From Felis catus (Eukaryota), in assembly GCF_018350175.1 (NCBI RefSeq), contig NC_058383.1, positions 5,334,001-5,398,000 on the forward strand: a stretch of DNA of 64,000 nucleotides. The letters are read 5' to 3'. Of this stretch, positions 56,801 through 64,000 are shown piece after piece (position 1 is the stretch's first letter; the number at the start of each line of letters is the position of its first letter). A program made the translations under genes and the position numbers. The notes beneath the pieces are model-generated. The model was given only the letters and a program-made list of their open reading frames with translations. It searched no databases and was not told the origin of the DNA.

Positions 56801-59800
56801 TAATTTTTTTTCTTTCATTCTATCAATGTGATGTATCACATTTTCATGTTTTTTTTCATATGTTTTTCATATGTTGAACCATCCTTGCATCCCAGGGATA
56901 AATCCTAGCTGGCCATGGTGAATGATGCTTTTAATGCGCTGAATTCAGTGTGCTAGTATTTTATTGAATATTTTTGTGCTTATATTCATCAGGGATACGG
57001 ACCTGTAATTTTCTGGTAGTGTCGTTTTCTGGCTTCAGCATCAGTTTAAGGCTGACTATAAAATGAGCTTGGGGATGTTCCCTCCTCTTCAGTTTTTGGG
57101 AAGAGTTTGAGAAGGATTGGCATTAATTGTTTTTCAAATATTTGGCAAAGTTCAACAGTGAAGCTATCTGGTCCTGGGCTTTTCCTTGCTGGGAGATTTT
57201 TGGTTACTAATCAACCTTACTGGTAATTGGTCTGTTCAGATTTTCTATTTCTTCTTGAATTTGGTGTTGGTAGGTTGCATGTGCCTAAGAATTTCTCAAT
57301 TTCTTCTAGTTTGTCCAATTTGTTGGTGTATAATTATTAATAATAGCCTCTTATGATCCTTATTTCTGTGGTATTAGTTGTAATGTTTGTTTTCATTTAT
57401 AATTTTGTTGATTTGGTTCCTCTTTTTTCCTTGGTTAGTCTAGCTAAAGATTTGTCAATTTTATTTTTTCAAAGAACCAACTCTTAGTTCAGTTAGTTTA
57501 TTTGAATTTTCTTGTTTTTTAATGTAGGTGTTTATTGCTATGAACTTCTTTCTTAGAACTCCTTTTGCCGCATCCTATAAGTTTTGGTATATTGTGTTTC
57601 TATTTTCATCTATCTCAAGATACTTTAAAATTTCCCCTTTGATTTTTTGATCCATCTGTTGTTCAGGAGAGTGTTAATTTCCATGTGTTTGTGAGTTTCT
57701 AGTATTCCTCCTGTTACTGATTCCTAGTTTCATATCACTGTGATCAGAGAAGATACTTGGTATGATTTTAATCTTCTTGAATTTGCTAGGACTTGTTTTG
57801 TGGCCTAACATATGGTCTATGCTAGAAAATGTTCCATGTGTGCTTAAGAAGAATGTTCATTCTGCTGCTGTCAGAATGTTCTATAAATATCTGTTAGGTC
57901 CAATATGGTCTACAGTATTGATCAAATTTGCTGTCTACTTATTATCTGTCTGGATCATCTATCCTGTTGAGAGTGGGGTATTAAAGTCTCCAACTATTTT
58001 TGTATTGCGTATTTCTTCTTTTTGCTCTGTTTTTGTTTTATTTAGGTGCTCTGAAGTTGGGAGTGTAAATACAATTATTATGTCTTCTTGATGGATTGAC
58101 AGCTTTATCATTATATAATGACCTTCCCTGACCCTTTTTACCATTTTTATTTTAATTTTTTAAAGTTTATTTTTTTATTTTGAGAGAGAGAGGGAGACAG
58201 TGCAAGCAGGGGAAGGGCAAAGAAAGGGAGACAGTCAATCTCAAGCAGGCTCCACACTGTCCGTGCAGAGCCTGACTTGGAGCTCAAACTCACCAACCAT
58301 GAGATCATGACCTGAGCTGAAATCAGGAGTTGGACACTTAACCAACTGAACTATCCAGGCACTCATCTTGTTACCATTTAAAAAAATTTTTTTTAACGTT
58401 TTTATTTATTTTGGGGCAGAGGGAGACAGAGCATGAACGGGGGAGGGGCAGAGAGAGAGGGAGACACAGAATTGGAAGCAGGCTCCAGGCTCTGAGCCAT
58501 CAGCCCAGAGCCTGACGCAGGGCTCGAACTCACGGACCGTGAGATCGTGACCTGAGCCGAAGTCGGACACTTAACTGACTGAGCCACCCAGGCGCCCTGC
58601 CATTTTTAAATTTTTTTTTTCAACATTTATTTATTTTTGGGACAGAGAGAGACAGAGCATGAACGGGGGAGGGGCAGAGAGAGAGGGAGACACAGAATCG
58701 GAAGCAGGCTCCAGGCTCCGAGCCATCAGCCCAGAGCCCGACGCGGGGCTCGAACCCACGGACCGCGAGATCGTGACCTGGCCGAAGTTGGACGCTTAAC
58801 CGACTGCGCCACCCAGGCGCCCTGCCATTTTTATATTTGAGTCTGTTACCTGTCTTTTTGGTGGTGGTGTTACCATTTGCTTGAACTATCTTTTCTACAC
58901 CTTCACTCTCAGTCTGTGTGTGTGTCTTTAAGGGTAAAGTGAGTTCTTACAGGCAATTTATCGTTGGATTGTGTCTTTTTTTTTTTTTCAACGTTTTTTA
59001 TTTATTTTTGGGACAGAGACAGAGCATGAACGGGGGAGGGGCAGAGAGAGAGGGAGACACAGAATCAGAAACAAGCTCCAGGCTCTGAGCCATCAGCCCA
59101 GAGCCTGACGCGGGGCTCGAACTCACGGACCGCGAGATCGTGACCTGGCTGAAGTCGGACGCTTAACCAACTGTGCCACCCAGGCGCCCCAATTTTTATT
59201 ATGTTTTTAAACTTTTGAACTAGAGTTTCAGTGCATTATGCACCATCATTACCATATTACAGAATCGAAGTGTTCACCATTAGCAGTGGGTTTAACACCA
59301 CCTTCTTGTTTTTATGATGTAAATTAGTGTCATTGAATTTCCACTCAAAGCACTCTCCTTAGCATTTTTTAAAAAAGTTTACATCCAAATTAGCATCTAG
59401 TGCAACAATGATTTCAGGAGTAGATTCCTTAGTGCCCCTTCCCCATTTAGCCCATCTCCCCTCCAGTAACCCTCAGCTTGTTCTCCATATTTATGAGTCT
59501 CTTCTGTTTTGTCCCCCTCCCTGTTTTTATATTATTTTTGTTGCCCTTCCCTTAGGTTCATCTGTTTTGTCTCCTAGAGTCCTCATATGAGTGAAGTCAT
59601 ATGATTTTTGTCTTTCTCTGACTAATTTCACTTAGCATGATACCCTCCAGTTTTCATCCACATAGTGGCAAATGGCAAGATTCATCCTTTTTGACTGCCG
59701 AATAATACTCCATTGTACATGTATACCAAATCTTCTTTATCCATTCAACCATCGATGGACATTTGGGCTCTTTCCATACTTTGGTTATTGTCAATAGTGC

Positions 59801-62700
59801 TGCTATAAACATTGGGGTTTATGTGCCCTTTGAATCAGCATTTTCATATCCTTTGGGCAAATACCTGGTAGTGCACTTGCTGGGTCATAGGGTAGTTCTA
59901 TTTTTAGTTTTTTGAGGAACCTCCATGCTGTTTTCCAGAGTGGCCGCATCAGCTTGCGTTCCCATCCTTAGCGTTTCCTATAAGGCAGGCTTAGTGGTGA
60001 TGAACTCCCTCAGCTTTTGTTTGCCCAGAAAAGTCTGTCCCTCTCCTTTATTTCTGAAGGACAACTCTGCTGGGTAGAATTCTTGGCTGACCATTTTTTG
60101 TTTCCCTATTTGAATAGTTCATTCCATTTCCTCGTGACCTGAAAAGTTTCTGTTGAAAAATCAGCCACTTGTCATACAGGGGATCCCTTATCTGTAACTT
60201 CACACTTGCTCTCAAAATTCTTTGACTTTTGATGATTATAGTGTACATCAGTGTAGCCCCATGGGGGCTAAACCTATTTGGGGTCTTTGGTCCTTTTCTC
60301 TCCTTAGGTTTGGGAAGTTGCCAGCCATTATTTATTGCTTTAAATCCACTTTCTACCCCTTTCTCTTCTCTTCCTGGAATCCCCATAATGGGAATACTGT
60401 TTCTTTTGTGACCCATAAGTTCCAACATCTTTCTTCACCTTTTTTTCTGTTTGTTCTTCTAACTTCAAATGCCCTGTCTTCTGGGTCACTGATTTTTCTG
60501 CATGATCAAGTCTGCTTTCAAAGCCTACTATTAAAAAAATAGTAATAGGGACACTTTAGTGGCTCGGTCGGTTGAGTGTCCAACTTCGACTCAGGTCATG
60601 ATTTCACAGTTCATGGGTTCGAGTCTCACATGAGACTTGCTGCTGTCAGCGTGGAGCCCGCTTCAGATCCTCTGTCTCCCTCTCTCTCTGCCCCTCCTCT
60701 GCTCACACACTCTCTCAAAAATAAACATTAAGAAATAGTAATAAAAAATAAAGCTCACTAATGAATTCTTCAGTTGTAGTTTTCAGCTCTAGGATTTCTG
60801 GTTTTGCATTTTTTGATGGCTTCTTTGTTGGACTTGTTTTGTTCTTTCACTGTTTTCTCAATTTTGTGTAGTTGTGCATTCTTTGTAGTTCACTGAACTT
60901 CTTCAAGAGGATCGTTCTGAATGCTTCAACAGTTCATGGATCTCCATTTCTTCAGGGTCAGCTATCAGAGCTTTATTAGATCTAATTAGCTCTACCGCCC
61001 TTTGGTGGTGTCTTATTTACCCGATTTTTCACTATCCTTGATTCCTTACTTTGGTACCTGTGCATTTGAGCAAGTGGTTTCCTCTTTCAGACCCTACAGG
61101 TTCGCGTTAGCAGACAGTGGCTCCCCCATCAGCTCGGTTTGGGCGTCGGGATGTGTCTGCTGGTACTTTCCGGGCAGGTGGGCTTGTTATCAGGTCTGTT
61201 TTGTGGTGAGGCCAGTGCCTGAGCTCTGAGGTAGGCTGGGGGGAGGGTGAGTGAGAACTGACTGAGAACAGTTTTGGGCAGGACTGGTGGCATGGTTCCC
61301 TGGCCAAGTGAGGCTATAGGATAGGCTTTCCGGTTGTCTGGGTGTTCTGGTCAGGCTTACCAGCTGGTTGGGATTGGGGAGTATACTCAGCTGTAGGCGG
61401 AACTATGAATTAGCTTCCGTACCCTGGCGGGGAAGCAGGACGGGGCCCAGGGTCTGCATGGCTTGTTGTTTGGGTACCTGAATCAGGCAAGCATGTACAG
61501 TGAATTCCCTGGCCAGGCAGGTTACTCGTTTTTCTCTGTAGACACGGAAAGTCCTAGGCTGTGCTCTCTGTTCAATTGCAGATCTGCTGGGTGGGCTAAA
61601 GACTGCTTCCTCCCACCCCCACTCCACCTCACTGCTGGACACAGTGTTATCAATTAGTTTCCTCCGTTGAGTGGAGAGGGTAAACTGCCCCAAGGCAGGC
61701 AAGGCTATTCTCTCGTGATCTTGACTCAAGCCAACCCGTGCTCCCATGTTCCCTGGATTAGCTCTGCAGACTCCCTGCCCTGCTCAGAGTCTGCTCAAGT
61801 GTGGCTGGGCTATGTGGCTTTCCAGGTGTTCTGGCCAGGCTTTCTGGCTGCGCAGGGCTGGGAGCTTTACTCAGGCCCTGGGTGGGGCTGTGATCAGCTC
61901 CTCTGCTCGGGCAGAGCGGTGGAACCCTCCGTACGTGGCTCTGCCTGCCGTACTTTCTGCTTGAGTGTTGCTGGCCTGTGCCAGCGGGAAGGCAGGTGTC
62001 CTTGTCTTCCTGGTCAGATGGGGGCGGTTGCTGTAAGGGAGGCTCTGACTCCGCTCCCCTGCCTGGGTCGGGGGCCGACCAGGCTCCAGGGCTGGCGCAG
62101 CTCTTCATTTGAGAACATGAATCAGGCTGACCTGTACCCCACGGAGTTTCCCCGTCAGACCTCACCGTCGACTTGGTTCTGTAGGGGGGCAAAGACGCTG
62201 TCTGGGGACGACCACTCGGGTGTTGTGGGTAGGGACTGTCTGCCAAGATCTCAGTGCTGTTTCAAGCCCCTCATCCTTCTATCACAATCAAATCCTCCCG
62301 CCGTGCCCCCCTGCCGCCCTGATTCCCTAGCAATTCCATGGGGTGAGACTGGAGCAGGGGTCCCCAAGAAATGACCCACAGTGTTGGGGGAGTTGGATGC
62401 CTACCCTGGACTCTCTTTTCCCACTGGAGGAAGCGCAGACTCAGGGGAGGCCTCTCAGTTTGACGCTGTGCCAGCCTCCAGGGCGGGGGCTGGGGGTGGA
62501 GTGTGGTCGGCATGTAGCCATCCCTCTTACCCTTCCAGGGCTGTTTTGCTCTTTGTGGTGCAGGGGTGCTTCAGCTTCACCCCTGTATTTGAGGGTTCTC
62601 TCGGCAGAGTCTTGTCCATGAATAGTTGGTGGTTCTTCTTTTGGAAGGGGAGTGAAGTCGGGGAATGACCTATGTCACCATCTGGGTGACGTCACTTCTC
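53875..62700 (-). mobile_element. Near full-length ancient LINE-1, degraded and multiply interrupted
   Basis: Colinear on the minus strand: 3'UTR (~53875-54500); ORF2 ([17 protein letters not shown] at 56111-56311; EGHYIMIK...IVGDFNTPLS at 57959-58144); ORF1-like (KRNSIPIMGIPGREEKG at ~60048-60428); GC-rich 5'UTR (~61000-62700) ending in a gaagtgacgtcacccagatggtgac-type 5' terminus. Confidence 0.85.
59368..59964 (-). mobile_element. Younger carnivore L1 3' fragment nested in the ancient L1
   Basis: L1 3'UTR/ORF2 end; TSD tccttagc(a/g)ttt at 59356-59367 and 59965-59976. Confidence 0.82.
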
Positions 62701-63039
62701 TTGGAGTTGACTTTTATTTATTTTTAAATGTTTATTTATTTGAGAGCGAGTGAGCGGAGGAGGGGTGGAGAGAGAGGGAGACACAGAATCCGAAGCGTTC
62801 CAGGCTCTGAGCTGTCAGCACAGAGCCCGATGGGGGCTCGAACTCGAGAACAGTGAGATCATGACCTGAGCCGCCCAGGCAGCCCTGGAGTGGCCTTTTA
62901 AAAGCAGGATCTTACCAAGTTGCATCAGTCTGCCAGGACGGTGGTTCCTCCACGTGGGCCCTGCACGTCCACATCTCGAGCCTGATGCTGCTGACTACAT
63001 CCTTCTACGGTTGAGTTCTCTCGCGCGAGTCTAATGCAC

Positions 63040-63810
63040 TTTTTCTTAAACTGAAGTATAATTACCACAGTATTAGCTTCAGGTGTACAATATGATTCAA
63101 TAATTGTATACATTACTCTGTGCTCATGAGGATGAGTGTACCCTTGAACCCACTTTTTAAACTTTCACCCATCTGCCCACTTGCCTTTCCGGCAACGACC
63201 AATCCTTTGTATTCGAGTTTGTCTCTTTTTTCCTTACTCATTTGTTTTGTTTCTTAAATTCCACATGTGAGTAAAATCAAATTGTATTTGTCTGACTTTG
63301 CTTAACAGTCTACCCTCAGTCACCCATGTTGTTGTAAATGGCAAGATCTCATTTTTTTTACAGCCAAGTAATATTCCACTGCATGTACAGATATGTATAA
63401 ATATGTGTATATACATACATACTTGTGTATAAACATTTATACGAACACAGCTTTATGCATTCACCTACGGATGGACATTTGGGTTGCTTTTCTACGTTGG
63501 CTATTGTAAATACTGCTGCGATAAACATAGTGCGTATGTTTTTTCAAAGTAGTGTTTTCATTTTCTTTGGATACATACCCAGTAGCGGAACTCCTGGATC
63601 ATATGGTAATTTCAATGTTTTGAGAGACCTCCATCCTATTCTCCAGAGTGGCTGCACCAGTTGGCATTCCCACCACCAGGGTACAAGGGCTCCTTTTCCT
63701 CCACATCCCTGCCAACACTTGTTTGTGTTTTTGACTTTAGCCATTCTGACAAGTGTAGGTGATATCTCCCTGTGGTTTGATTTCCATTTCGGATGATCAG
63801 TGATGTTCAC
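63040..63810 (-). mobile_element. LINE-1 3' fragment
   Basis: Minus-strand NKCWQGCGGKGALVPWWWECQLVQPLW...LPYDPGVPLLGMYPK (L1 ORF2 C-terminus). Confidence 0.85.
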
Positions 63811-64000
63811 CTTTTCTTTCTTTTTTTTTATTTAAAAATTGTTTAATGTTTATTTTTGAGAGAGAGAGACAGAGCATGAGTTGGGGAGGAGAGCAAGAGA
63901 GAGACAGAATCCAAAGCAGGGTCCAGGCTCTGAGCTGTCGGCACAGAGCCCGACGCGGGGCTCGAACCCACTAACTGAGATCGTGACCTGGGCCGAAGTC

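Noticed and set aside
61667..62374. 235-aa + ORF
   Set aside because: Lies in the GC-rich 5'UTR of the ancient L1; no resemblance to the missing RSPH10B C-terminus or any domain I recognise.

Overview
Mammalian genomic DNA, most likely a felid, judged from about 60 tRNA-derived CanSINE/SINEC_Fc-type elements. Two genes lie in tandem on the + strand. (1) The last four coding exons of the mismatch-repair gene PMS2 (995-7020; MutL endonuclease domain with intact DQHAxxExxxxE, QRLIAP, ACR and CPHGRP motifs), followed by a polyA signal at 7108. (2) The ciliary radial-spoke gene RSPH10B: a CpG-island promoter with RFX X-box and GC-box motifs (~8490-8960), a probable non-coding first exon, and 17 coding exons (10557-53685). 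I spliced these by hand into one open frame of 743 codons with 10 MORN repeats; the gene's 3' end lies beyond the window. The rest is intronic and repeat-rich: SINEs, several antisense LINE-1s (one near full-length, two L1-in-L1 nests), MaLR LTRs, hAT and Tigger DNA transposon fossils, MIR/L2 and microsatellites. I found no convincing novel biological system. The findings are candidate regulatory, splicing and retrotransposition-history observations. Repeat boundaries and subfamily names are by eye and approximate.
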